From the NCBI GenBank assembly GCA_965248435.1, contig OZ252100.1, forward strand, positions 2,720,001-2,784,000: a stretch of 64,000 nucleotides of DNA, in the 5' to 3' direction. Positions 9,044-17,588 of this stretch are shown here, piece by piece. The stretch comes from Candidatus Latescibacterota bacterium (lineage in GTDB: Bacteria > Latescibacterota > UBA2968 > GCA-2709665). Position numbers and translations under genes: made by a program. The stretch's first letter is position 1. Each line of letters opens with the position of its first letter. The notes beneath the pieces are model-generated. The model saw nothing but the letters and a program-made list of their open reading frames with translations. It was not told the origin of the DNA and did no database searches.

Positions 9044-10426
9044 GTGGGGAAGGGACGAATTCTGGTGATCGACGACGAACCGACCATGCTCGAGGCCTGT
9101 GATGAAACCCTTTCCTACCATGGCTATGACGTCCGACTGCAGGACGTCGGCAGTGATGCAATCGAATTGGTTCGACAGGAAACCTTCGACCTTGTGCTGA
9201 TCGATCTCAAGATGCCGAACGTAGACGGGATCCAGATCCTCAAACAAATAAAGACCATCGACAAGAATGTGATGGCCGTCATGATCACCGGTTTTCCAAC
9301 GATAGCCACTGCGGTCGAGGCGGTCAGGCAGGGAGCCTACGACTACCTTCCAAAACCGTTTGCGCCCGATCAGCTCCTCATCCTCGTTGATCGCGCCCTC
9401 TCTCGCAAAAGACTGACCGAAGAGAACCTGCTGCTGCGGAAGTCTCTCGGGCACGGACCCGATTTCGAAGGAATCATCTACAAGAGTCGCGCGATGGAAC
9501 GGGTCCTGGATTTGATCGGAAAGGTGGCCGACAGCGACAGCAGTGTCATCATCCAGGGGGAAACCGGTACAGGGAAGGAGCTCGCAGCCAGGAGTCTCCA
9601 CAGGAATAGTCCACGAAAAGACCACCTATTCCTGCCCATCAACTGCGGCGCCCTGCCGGAGCATCTTCTGGAAAGTGAACTGTTCGGCCACGAACGTGGG
9701 GCATTCACCGGAGCCTACACGAGGAAGTCCGGATTGCTGGAAACCGTTCAGGGCGGGACCGTTTTTCTGGATGAAATTTCAACGCTCAGTTTGAGCCTGC
9801 AGGTGAAACTTCTGCGGGTACTCCAGGAGCGGCAGATCCGCCGCGTAGGCGGGAAGGAGGACATCGACATCGATATCCGCGTCATTTCCTCCACGAATGA
9901 AGACCTCGAAGATGCCGTCGCCCGGGAGGCCTTTAGAAAGGACCTCTACTATCGGCTCAACGTCATTACGATTACTTTGCCCCCCCTGCGTGAGCGCGTT
10001 GAAGACATCTCTCTCATCGCAGAGCACTTCCTGGATGGGCTCAACACGGTGCACAGGAAGGTCGTTGAAGGCATATCCAGGGAGGCCCTGGAGATCCTTC
10101 AGTCGTACCGCTGGCCGGGCAACGTCAGGGAACTTGAGAACATACTGGAGAGGGCGTTTCTCCTCACAGATTCAAGTGTGATCCAGGCGGCTGATCTACC
10201 GGCAACCCTGAAGCACACCGATTCCACGATCAGCGTCGACACGCGCCTTCCTTTTTCGACCGCGAAAAAGGTCTACACTGAGCCCTTCGAGCACGAGTAT
10301 CTGACCAGGCTCCTCGAGGAATCGAACGGAAACGTCACCTTAGCTGCGCGGAGAGCGGAGATGCATCGATCCTCCTTTCAACGCCTGCTCAAGAAGCACG
10401 ATATCCGATCCAGGGAATTCCGGTAA
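9044..10426 (+). CDS. Sigma54-dependent NtrC-family response regulator (REC-AAA+-HTH)
   Basis: REC domain (ILVIDDE, LIDLKMP, KPF), Walker A GETGTGKE, ESELFGHERGAFTGA, LDEI, WPGNVRELEN and Fis-type HTH. Confidence 0.95.
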   Translation: MGKGRILVIDDEPTMLEACDETLSYHGYDVRLQDVGSDAIELVRQETFDLVLIDLKMPNVDGIQILKQIKTIDKNVMAVMITGFPTIATAVEAVRQGAYDYLPKPFAPDQLLILVDRALSRKRLTEENLLLRKSLGHGPDFEGIIYKSRAMERVLDLIGKVADSDSSVIIQGETGTGKELAARSLHRNSPRKDHLFLPINCGALPEHLLESELFGHERGAFTGAYTRKSGLLETVQGGTVFLDEISTLSLSLQVKLLRVLQERQIRRVGGKEDIDIDIRVISSTNEDLEDAVAREAFRKDLYYRLNVITITLPPLRERVEDISLIAEHFLDGLNTVHRKVVEGISREALEILQSYRWPGNVRELENILERAFLLTDSSVIQAADLPATLKHTDSTISVDTRLPFSTAKKVYTEPFEHEYLTRLLEESNGNVTLAARRAEMHRSSFQRLLKKHDIRSREFR

Positions 10427-10634
10427 GTCTGAAGCATGAATGCGGCAGTGCAGCGTTTACTGAGACACCGAGATCAGCGGGCCGGAATGGAATCAACTAT
10501 TTGTAAAACAAGGATATATAGTCTTCAATCTCAAATCCTTCGATGGAGTGTCGAAAAACCGCCGCAACTTTGGAGCGATTTCCATTATTCTCTCCCACCA
10601 CGCTTTTCTGAAGAACTTCATATATATTAAATAA

Positions 10635-10689
10635 AAACAAGATGTTAAGATCTCTTGTGTGCATCTCGCATCCTGGCACAAGGCTTGCG
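10635..10689 (+). promoter_or_regulatory. Sigma54 (-24/-12) promoter with IHF-like site
   Basis: TGGCAC-AAGGC-TTGC at 10674-10688; AT-rich tract with AAACAAGATGTTA (IHF-like WATCAAN4TTR) at about 10635-10647; lies directly downstream of an NtrC-family gene. Confidence 0.8.
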
Positions 10690-10699
10690 ATTGCGTAGG

Positions 10700-10832
10700 G
10701 CCGATCAACCGTTTCGAGTGTCATAGGTCACTCGGTCAGTACCCGGCTCTGCCCAGGTGATCGAAGACTGAATTCGGTTGTCGAGTAAACAAAGGGAGAG
10801 CAGTCAGTTGTTTCGGCTGCTCTCCCTTTTTT
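10700..10832 (+). ncRNA. Candidate sigma54-dependent structured small RNA (unknown family)
   Basis: Runs from the predicted TSS (~10700) to an intrinsic terminator; no ORF; pairs by eye into a three-way junction. Confidence 0.55.
10791..10832 (+). terminator. Intrinsic terminator, probably bidirectional
   Basis: AAAGGGAGAGCAGTC-loop-GGCTGCTCTCCCTTT plus T-run; AAACAAA on the other flank could serve the convergent lipoprotein gene. Confidence 0.85.
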
Positions 10833-10889
10833 CCTGAACGCCTCGAAGGAGGCGATCAGCAAGCGGTGTCATTCGTGCACGCTACGGCC

Positions 10890-11339
10890 TCAAGGGCTGC
10901 TCCCAGCGATCTCTGTAAATCGAATGTTCAGCCCGGAAATCAATCTTTCTCCTCTGAATTCCTTGAAGACTACCTTCACCTGCACGTTCTCCTCTTTTTC
11001 GAAATCGGCGCTGTAAAAAACAACCTCATACGAACCCTCGCGAGTGATCAGCGCAAGCGCCCTCGATTGGTAAAGACCCATTTTCGACACGAGTGTGTCC
11101 CTCATGTCCAGAAAAACAGACTTGCGGATTTGGCTCTTCATATTCTCATCAAAATATCTCGAAAATTCCTCATACTCCGCTTCGTTGAATGCCTGAAGCA
11201 GGTTATCTACGACCGGATCGGCGTAGTTCAGGATCCTCTGCCCCTCCTCTCCCATCGGCTCCACCACCACTGCCCCCTCTTCCACACAGGCCGTCAGGAA
11301 ACAGCACACCCAGAGTGCTCCTCTCAAACCTCTATTCAC
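10890..11339 (-). CDS. Putative lipoprotein, DUF3887-like
   Basis: GTG 11339 with GGAGAG RBS; lipobox FLTAC; ADPVVDNLLQAFNEAEYEEFSRYFDENMKSQI...ADFEKE...ISGL resembles DUF3887 proteins. Confidence 0.65.
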   Translation of the reverse strand: MNRGLRGALWVCCFLTACVEEGAVVVEPMGEEGQRILNYADPVVDNLLQAFNEAEYEEFSRYFDENMKSQIRKSVFLDMRDTLVSKMGLYQSRALALITREGSYEVVFYSADFEKEENVQVKVVFKEFRGERLISGLNIRFTEIAGSSP

Positions 11340-11489
11340 AGGTCTCTCCGGAAGCGGTCCACATCGCCGAGGGCCCCTGCTTCTTTTGCTCTTCGAACTG
11401 AATCTGTTTGGAAATCGACGAAGTCGGACGTAATATGGGGCAAGCCACATTCAAATACGTCCATAATATAGAAAAAAAGGAGATTCTCC

Positions 11490-12341
11490 GTGATCAATTT
11501 CCCCTGCTCGTCATTCACCTGGAAGTCGCGTCCGCATACCCCTGACCCCTACTTTAAATATTCGGGCGGATTTGTGGGAGATCCTGGCCAGGCCTACCAG
11601 GTGAGATTCAACCTCGAAGCCGCGTGCGAAATTCGAGACGAAGCCACTGACCACGTCGCTGAGCTGTTCGTGGGCGCCCCCTGCCGAACGGAATATACGA
11701 TCGGCAAACGGAACCTGTTTCAGATCCCCAGTTCCGAATTCCGGTTCGCCTTCAGCCGCGAACGCAGACTCAGCATCGCCAGGCGCCCCAGCAATGAGCA
11801 GGAAGACGTATCCGTCAAAACACACGACACCTTTCTGGATCACGAAATCGATATTCGCACCTTTCCAGAGTCGGACGAGCTGTCTGACGTAAACGGCATC
11901 GTCCGGGCCACCCTCGGTAAGGACCTGATGAATGCGCGGTCCACCTACCGGGATTCCGATCGCGGGCTCACGATTTCGGTGGAATATCCGGTCAACCTGA
12001 TCAACACGAACGAGGCGGACGGCGAATTTCAGATCTGCACCGGCCCTGTCATCGTGCCCGATCTGAACACCTGGGACGGCCGCGACGTCACCCGCGTCTT
12101 CTTGGCGCACGTAGCCATCACCGCTTTCGACTGGGTCGAGTTCATCCTGCGCCGCGAAGTAGAAACTTCCGAATCAGAAAAGGAATGGTTGGACAAGCCT
12201 CGGGGCCGGGACCGCCAGGAACTCCTGGATCCCAACAATAAGCCCCCTGGTTACCCGTCCAGGAGGCCATGGCCAACTGTCTATAACGAGATCTTGGAGT
12301 TCGAGGCCACAAACGTCATTCTGCGAACGGATAATCCATAG
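11490..12341 (+). CDS. Hypothetical protein
   Basis: 283-aa ORF with AAGGAG RBS and downstream terminator; no motif recognised. Confidence 0.75.
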   Translation: MINFPCSSFTWKSRPHTPDPYFKYSGGFVGDPGQAYQVRFNLEAACEIRDEATDHVAELFVGAPCRTEYTIGKRNLFQIPSSEFRFAFSRERRLSIARRPSNEQEDVSVKTHDTFLDHEIDIRTFPESDELSDVNGIVRATLGKDLMNARSTYRDSDRGLTISVEYPVNLINTNEADGEFQICTGPVIVPDLNTWDGRDVTRVFLAHVAITAFDWVEFILRREVETSESEKEWLDKPRGRDRQELLDPNNKPPGYPSRRPWPTVYNEILEFEATNVILRTDNP

Positions 12342-12362
12342 CCCCGTTCATTCCCCAACAAG

Positions 12363-12397
12363 AAAGCCCCTGCATCCCGCAGGGGCTTTTCTTTTTT
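12363..12397. terminator. Bidirectional intrinsic terminator
   Basis: AAAGCCCCTGC-atccc-GCAGGGGCTTT followed by T-runs, between convergent genes. Confidence 0.85.
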
Positions 12398-12430
12398 GTC
12401 CAAATGGATTCCACTGAGCTTCTGCTCGGG

Positions 12431-12982
12431 TTATCGTATCTTTTTCCAGGTATCCTTGAAAACGTTGGGAATCGAAACGACCATGGCGTCACCCTCAAAT
12501 GTCTGGATCTGCCACTCCTCGAGGGAAGCCCTGGCCGACGCGTCATCCTTTGTGTGAGAAATCTTCACGGATCCATTCTCTACTGAAAGCTTGCCTTTCG
12601 CGGTTTTTCCCTTGTGGTAAACGTTCATGGGGATCTCAGATGAGAGCCTGTAGCCCTGACGGAGCAGCAACCGACGCTTGCGAGTGATCGCTGAGGTCGA
12701 AATCTCGAAGATGCTGGCGGCATAATCTACCCGACGCGGTGATCCAGCTTGCCCTTCAACAACCAGATTCTGCGTCACGTGCGCCTTTCGAGGATCCAGT
12801 GTGAGCCAGGTGAACACGCCCTCGATCGTCGGGGGCGCCAGCAAGGTCCCGTCGGGCAGCTCCCGGGACTGAAGGACCCAGGTCCCCTCACACTTCGCCT
12901 GGATGTCCGACAGAGGATCGCTGCATCCCAAGGCGAGACAAACAGTTAAGGATGCAATGCACAAATGCAGGCCAGGTCTCAT
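12431..12982 (-). CDS. Putative lipoprotein (lipocalin-like GTW motif)
   Basis: ATG 12982 gives MRPGLHLCIASLTVCLALGC (lipobox); EGTWVLQS near the N-terminus and TWKKIR at the C-terminus. Confidence 0.65.
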   Translation of the reverse strand: MRPGLHLCIASLTVCLALGCSDPLSDIQAKCEGTWVLQSRELPDGTLLAPPTIEGVFTWLTLDPRKAHVTQNLVVEGQAGSPRRVDYAASIFEISTSAITRKRRLLLRQGYRLSSEIPMNVYHKGKTAKGKLSVENGSVKISHTKDDASARASLEEWQIQTFEGDAMVVSIPNVFKDTWKKIR

Positions 12983-13260
12983 ATATCGCCCCTTCCTCAG
13001 AAAGTCAGATCGTAAAACGATGGTATCGAATTGAGGGTGAAAGTCAAGCAAAAAGTATGACACGATTCATCGACAGGCGGAGCCAATCCTTACACGACCG
13101 TGATATTCCACGGAAGTCCCATCACCGGTTGCCAAGGCTTGCCCTTACGATCCTCCATGGAGTATATTCTCCGACGAGGGCCATTATTACGGCTCTGTAA
13201 AACGTATCATTGAGGGCTGGCCTCAAGAGGATGAAGCTGTCTGAGAGTAGAGGGACGAAC

Positions 13261-14076
13261 GTGGAGGAAAAATCCAATAGACGCAGTGAAACGGCCGGCG
13301 CTGAGGGCCCTCGCCGAACTCAGGATCGGAGGCAGTCCGATCAGTCCACTTCCCCCGACAGGAGAACGGCCGATCGACGCCAGCAAACCAATCGACGCAG
13401 AAAGGAAAGGGAGGTAGAGGTCTTTCAATGGGAATCCGAACCGAAGCCTCCCAGGCTGGACGCAGCGAAAGTCAAGCGTGCGCTCATCGTCGGAACCCTG
13501 GCGGCGCTCATCCCATTGTCGATCGCCTTCATCTATTTTCAGGAGTCCAAGCCGACCCCAACGCAACAGCGCAAGAAGGCTGACCCTTTTCAGGAAATGG
13601 CCAAAAGGAAACGGAAAACCAAAAAAGCCTCTCCGTCGAAGCAGCACCAGGTCGACCCTTCCACAACGCTCACTGCCCTGAGCGAAGATGTCCTGAACAT
13701 CGCACCTCATATCTATTATTCAGTGAGGCTCGAACTGGTTGAAGGAGGTCACGCGGATGTGACGGCCGACGCAAACCTGGATCTGAAATCGGTCTTTGTC
13801 CGACTGATCGAGATCCTAACGCGGTCTGAGGCCTGGGACATGCTTCAAAGCTCGGAGAAGATCGAACTCCTGCACGGGACGTTCGACCTGTTGCAGAAGC
13901 GGTATCCCTACATTACGCGGTTCATCAGGTTGATTTTCGATGACGGCAGAAAGAATCTGGATCTGAAATTCGACGACATCATGCGCGAATCCGACCTGGG
14001 ATTCGATAATTCCAGCCCCCAGTTCCCTCCAAAAGCTGTCGCCGCTGTAAAGTCTATCCCCCAGAATACCGATTAG
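13261..14076 (+). CDS. Single-pass membrane protein, paralog A, with Arg-rich DRR-repeat N-terminus
   Basis: GTG 13261 with AGAGGGA RBS (start uncertain); TM ALIVGTLAALIPLSIAFIYF; C-terminal domain shared with 14153-14728. Confidence 0.75.
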   Translation: MEEKSNRRSETAGAEGPRRTQDRRQSDQSTSPDRRTADRRQQTNRRRKEREVEVFQWESEPKPPRLDAAKVKRALIVGTLAALIPLSIAFIYFQESKPTPTQQRKKADPFQEMAKRKRKTKKASPSKQHQVDPSTTLTALSEDVLNIAPHIYYSVRLELVEGGHADVTADANLDLKSVFVRLIEILTRSEAWDMLQSSEKIELLHGTFDLLQKRYPYITRFIRLIFDDGRKNLDLKFDDIMRESDLGFDNSSPQFPPKAVAAVKSIPQNTD

Positions 14077-14152
14077 TAATAAGTGGTTCACAATCACCGA
14101 TCTGACCAGTTTTCCGCAAACGAATGTAAAACTTTCATGCTATCTTAAAGCC

Positions 14153-14728
14153 ATGCCCAAGCCGGCGAAAGTCAAACAGATTCTCTCGATCGGTCTTCCC
14201 ACGGCGCTGATCCTTGGATTCATGATTGCACTCTACGTTCGCGACGCCAAGCCTCCACCACGACGCAAACAGGAGAAGAAGCAGGATGTGTTCCAGGAAA
14301 TGGCCAAATCCAGGAAGAGAGTAGAGAAAGAATCAAGTCCTGAAAAACAGGATGATGATAAACCTAAGTCGACCATCATGAATCTGAGTGAAGACGTATT
14401 GAAGATCGCCCCGCACATCTACTACTCAGTCAGGCTCGAACTTGTCGAAGGTGGCCACCTTGACCAGGAGGCTGAGGCAAAGCGGGATTTGAAATCTGTT
14501 TTTGTCCGCCTCATTGAGATCTTCGTCCGAGCCCCGGCCTGGAACCGACTCCGAAGTACCGAAAAAATAGACCTGCTATACAGCACCTTTGAGATGTTAC
14601 ACGGTCGCTATCCCGACCTCACCGAATTCATCAGATTGATCTTCGACGACGGCAGGAAGAATCTGGATCTGAAATTCGACGACATCAAGGCCGCCTCCAG
14701 TTCTGCACGCCGTGGCAGAAAGCCTTGA
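14153..14728 (+). CDS. Single-pass membrane protein, paralog B
   Basis: TM ILSIGLPTALILGFMIALYV; shares LSEDVL.IAPHIYYSVRLELVEGGH...DLKSVFVRLIEI...FIRLIFDDGRKNLDLKFDDI with the upstream gene. Confidence 0.8.
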   Translation: MPKPAKVKQILSIGLPTALILGFMIALYVRDAKPPPRRKQEKKQDVFQEMAKSRKRVEKESSPEKQDDDKPKSTIMNLSEDVLKIAPHIYYSVRLELVEGGHLDQEAEAKRDLKSVFVRLIEIFVRAPAWNRLRSTEKIDLLYSTFEMLHGRYPDLTEFIRLIFDDGRKNLDLKFDDIKAASSSARRGRKP

Positions 14729-14759
14729 ACCAGGATGCATCTCACTAGGCCCTGAACTC

Positions 14760-16345
14760 CTACCTCTCGACCGCGCCTCCGCCCCTTCCCGTAACCGAAA
14801 CAATATCGACCAGATCGCTTCCGCCAGGAGAGGAAATCGTGCGGATTGGCTCCCATCGATAACCCTTTTCTGCAACGCGTAGTACGTCCCCCGGCAGGGT
14901 TACATAGAGGCACTCCCCCCGTCTGAGATCAACTTCGTGTAGATTGAAGTTATAGAACTTCCCCACCGGCTCTTTAGTGTACCTCCACAGGTCCATCCGG
15001 GATTGCATATGCAACTTCTGATAGGCTTTCGGAGAATGATGAGTGAAGAACAGAACGAAGATATATGACGGATAGAAATAGGGGTCTGCGCTGATGATCG
15101 CGCACTCTGATGAACTCTGTTCGGCGAAGGTGATCGCTTCTTTCATTCCGTACTGCCAGGACGGCGCGCTATACCCTGGGTATTTGAGAAAGTAGTGCTG
15201 GGCGTAGACGCCAAGGTTGCCAGCGGCAATCAGACCCGAGCAAATAATGAAGACCCTTCTTTGTCCGACGCCCCTCCATAATTCAATCGCTCTCGTCACG
15301 CCAAGACTGGACAGTACGGCAAACAGGGGACAGCCCACGATAGAGCGCAAAGCGTGTTCTGGTGCCGTGAACGCTGCCGGAATCGGATACAGAAAGAGCC
15401 AGAGCCACCAGAGCGAATCCTTCCTCCGCCTTCGCTTAAGCAAAACCCAGATCCCAAGGCTACCGTTATCAATTCGAAATAGTGAAGCTGGCCTACACCT
15501 CTGGGACTGTGCCGCAGGTTCGGGTCTCCGGTTAGGAACAGAAACCCCGGGCTGAAATACGACAGGCTGTTCAGCGCGATCTTTCCCGGGTCCGAAATCA
15601 GCGTCAGCCTTGCCCGCGCCATCCCTTCAGGCGTAATCCAAGAAGTGAATAGGAACACGAAGGCAGCAAGAAAAAGCAGTCCAGACATCAAGGCCGCCTT
15701 TCTGATCTTCCACAGATCTGTCCGAAAAATCAAACACAGACCCAATAGAAACAGGGGGAGGAAGACCCTGGCCGAGCTGTAGGTATAGAGGCATATGGAA
15801 AAGGTTGCTGCGCTGAGGTAGATAAACTTCGACCTTCTCAGGCCCTTGACGAAGAGAGCAAGACCGAGACAGAAGAGGAGAGGAAGGAGAATCGCCCTCA
15901 CCGCGCACCGACTGAACTGGATGTGCCACGGACTGATGGCAAGGAGGAGGGAGGCAATGAGGGCCGTCTGCGTATTGAAGCAGATCCTGACGAGCCAATA
16001 GAGCGCTCCAATCGTAAGAATCCCTGCAACCGCTGAGGGCAGCCGCGTAGAAAACTCGTTCAAGCCGAACACTGCGATGAACGGGATGGCGACATACCGA
16101 TACGAGGCCTCTACATAATCCCCAAAGGATCTCGTAAGTAGAGGAAGAAACTCCCCGTATTGATCCCTGCCTGTCTGCAGAATCGAATAGGCGTCATACC
16201 CGGTCGAGGCCTCGTCCGAATAGAATCCGTTCGGAATCGATGACAGGAATGGGACTCTAAGCAGGGCAGCCAGAAGAAGGATTGCAGCGAGCCCCAATCG
16301 CTGGAGATTTCTGCCCGGCTCTTCTGGTTGGCTATTAACGGCCAT
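14760..16345 (-). CDS. Glycosyltransferase family 39 (ArnT/PMT-like) polytopic membrane protein, frameshifted near 15455
   Basis: PNGFYSDEASTGYDAYSILQTGRDQYG, FSTRLPSA and AISPWHIQFSR in the first ORF; HALRSI and WQYGMKEAI in the second. One extra G in TTGGGATC gives LGIWVLLKRRRR and fuses them. Confidence 0.8.
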
Positions 16346-16390
16346 CGCTTCCTCGACGAGGCACCGATCCGAACTTTTTACGGTCCTGTC

Positions 16391-17383
16391 TCAGGTCCGT
16401 CCTCCCTTATTCTTCGAGTAGTAGGCGCTCAAACAAGCGTCCATCACCCGGGCCGTTCTCGCGCCACTCGCCCCCGTAGATTCGCAGGTTCCTTCACCAA
16501 GAAGGTCATCCACGACGGTCTGAATCAGCGGAAGATGCACGTGTTCTGGATTTCGAAACTCCAGGACTTCATCGGCGTCCGACCGTCTCACGGTGACTGC
16601 CGTGTCCGAAAACACCGGACAGCGCAATTCCCCCTCCGATCCAGTGAACGTGATTCGATCTTCGGAGTGATCGGCATTAAAATTCCAGATACCGGTCCCG
16701 ACAAGCCCCGATTCGAATTGGAGTGCGGCAGCCGTGACATCTTCCGCCGCGTAGGCCCCACCCGTGTTCAGGGAGAAACCCCCAACCGCTTCGATCGGGC
16801 CCACCAGAAAATCGAGCAGATCCAGGCCGTGCGAGCCCAGGTCCACGAAGAGGCCCCCGCCGGAAATGGAAGGGTCAAAGTGCCAGCTTCCGGCCGCGCT
16901 TCCGGAGGCCAACTGATCATACTGGACGATATCTACAGAACTCAGCGTCCCCAGAACGCCTGCACGCAAAAGCTCTCTCACACGCAGAAAGCGGGGCAGC
17001 GCTCGCCGATAATAGGACACGAACAGCGGCACGCCCTCTTCCTCAAAGACCTCGACCATCCGGAGACACTCCGCGTGGTTCATTCCCATCGGCTTTTCGA
17101 CCAAACACGGTTTCCCCTCAGCCGCTACGGCCAGGGCCAGTTCGCAGTGGGAGGACGGGGGTGTGGCAACGTAGACCGCGTCAACTTCCTGATCGGAAAT
17201 CAGGTCCTCAGCGCGGCTGTAGCACCGAGCTACGCCGTGTCGCCGCGCATAGTCCGCCGCCTTATCGGCATCCCGGCGCATCACTGCAAGGAGAGAAGAA
17301 CGTTTCGCCTTCTGAAAACCCGGGCCGCTCTTCACCTCCGTTACATTCCCGCACCCCAACATGCCCCACTTGATCGATTCCAT
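16391..17383 (-). CDS. Gfo/Idh/MocA family oxidoreductase
   Basis: IKWGMLGCGNVTEVKSGP, VDAVYVATPP, VEKPM and GGGLFVDLGSHGLD; GGAGG RBS before ATG 17383. Confidence 0.9.
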   Translation of the reverse strand: MESIKWGMLGCGNVTEVKSGPGFQKAKRSSLLAVMRRDADKAADYARRHGVARCYSRAEDLISDQEVDAVYVATPPSSHCELALAVAAEGKPCLVEKPMGMNHAECLRMVEVFEEEGVPLFVSYYRRALPRFLRVRELLRAGVLGTLSSVDIVQYDQLASGSAAGSWHFDPSISGGGLFVDLGSHGLDLLDFLVGPIEAVGGFSLNTGGAYAAEDVTAAALQFESGLVGTGIWNFNADHSEDRITFTGSEGELRCPVFSDTAVTVRRSDADEVLEFRNPEHVHLPLIQTVVDDLLGEGTCESTGASGARTARVMDACLSAYYSKNKGGRT

Positions 17384-17588
17384 CGGTCCAGACCTCCGAT
17401 TACCGGACGACTCAGGCAACCATTCCCGGCCAAGATAAGGGCTCCGAGGAAGATGGACAATCCTGATCTGAAAAGCGGCTGCTTACTCGAGGATGTGACA
17501 AAAAGGGTCTGGACTTGGACCCAAAGAACAGTATCTTTACTGCCTTCACAGCCCTTCGACCAACACCCCCAATCGACAGGAACCACAA

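Noticed and set aside
10436-10724. Short ORFs downstream of the NtrC gene
   Set aside because: No RBS or motif; they cover the AT-rich sigma54 promoter and enhancer region.
10700-10832. Identity of the candidate RNA as SRP RNA, 6S, tRNA or CsrB-like
   Set aside because: No TCAGG..GGAAG..AGCAG SRP motif, too short and branched for 6S, no T-loop or CCA, and no repeated GGA loops.
13190-14140. TGTAAAAC upstream of both tandem paralogs (also at ~10502)
   Set aside because: An 8-bp match at different distances from the starts; too weak to call a shared regulatory site.
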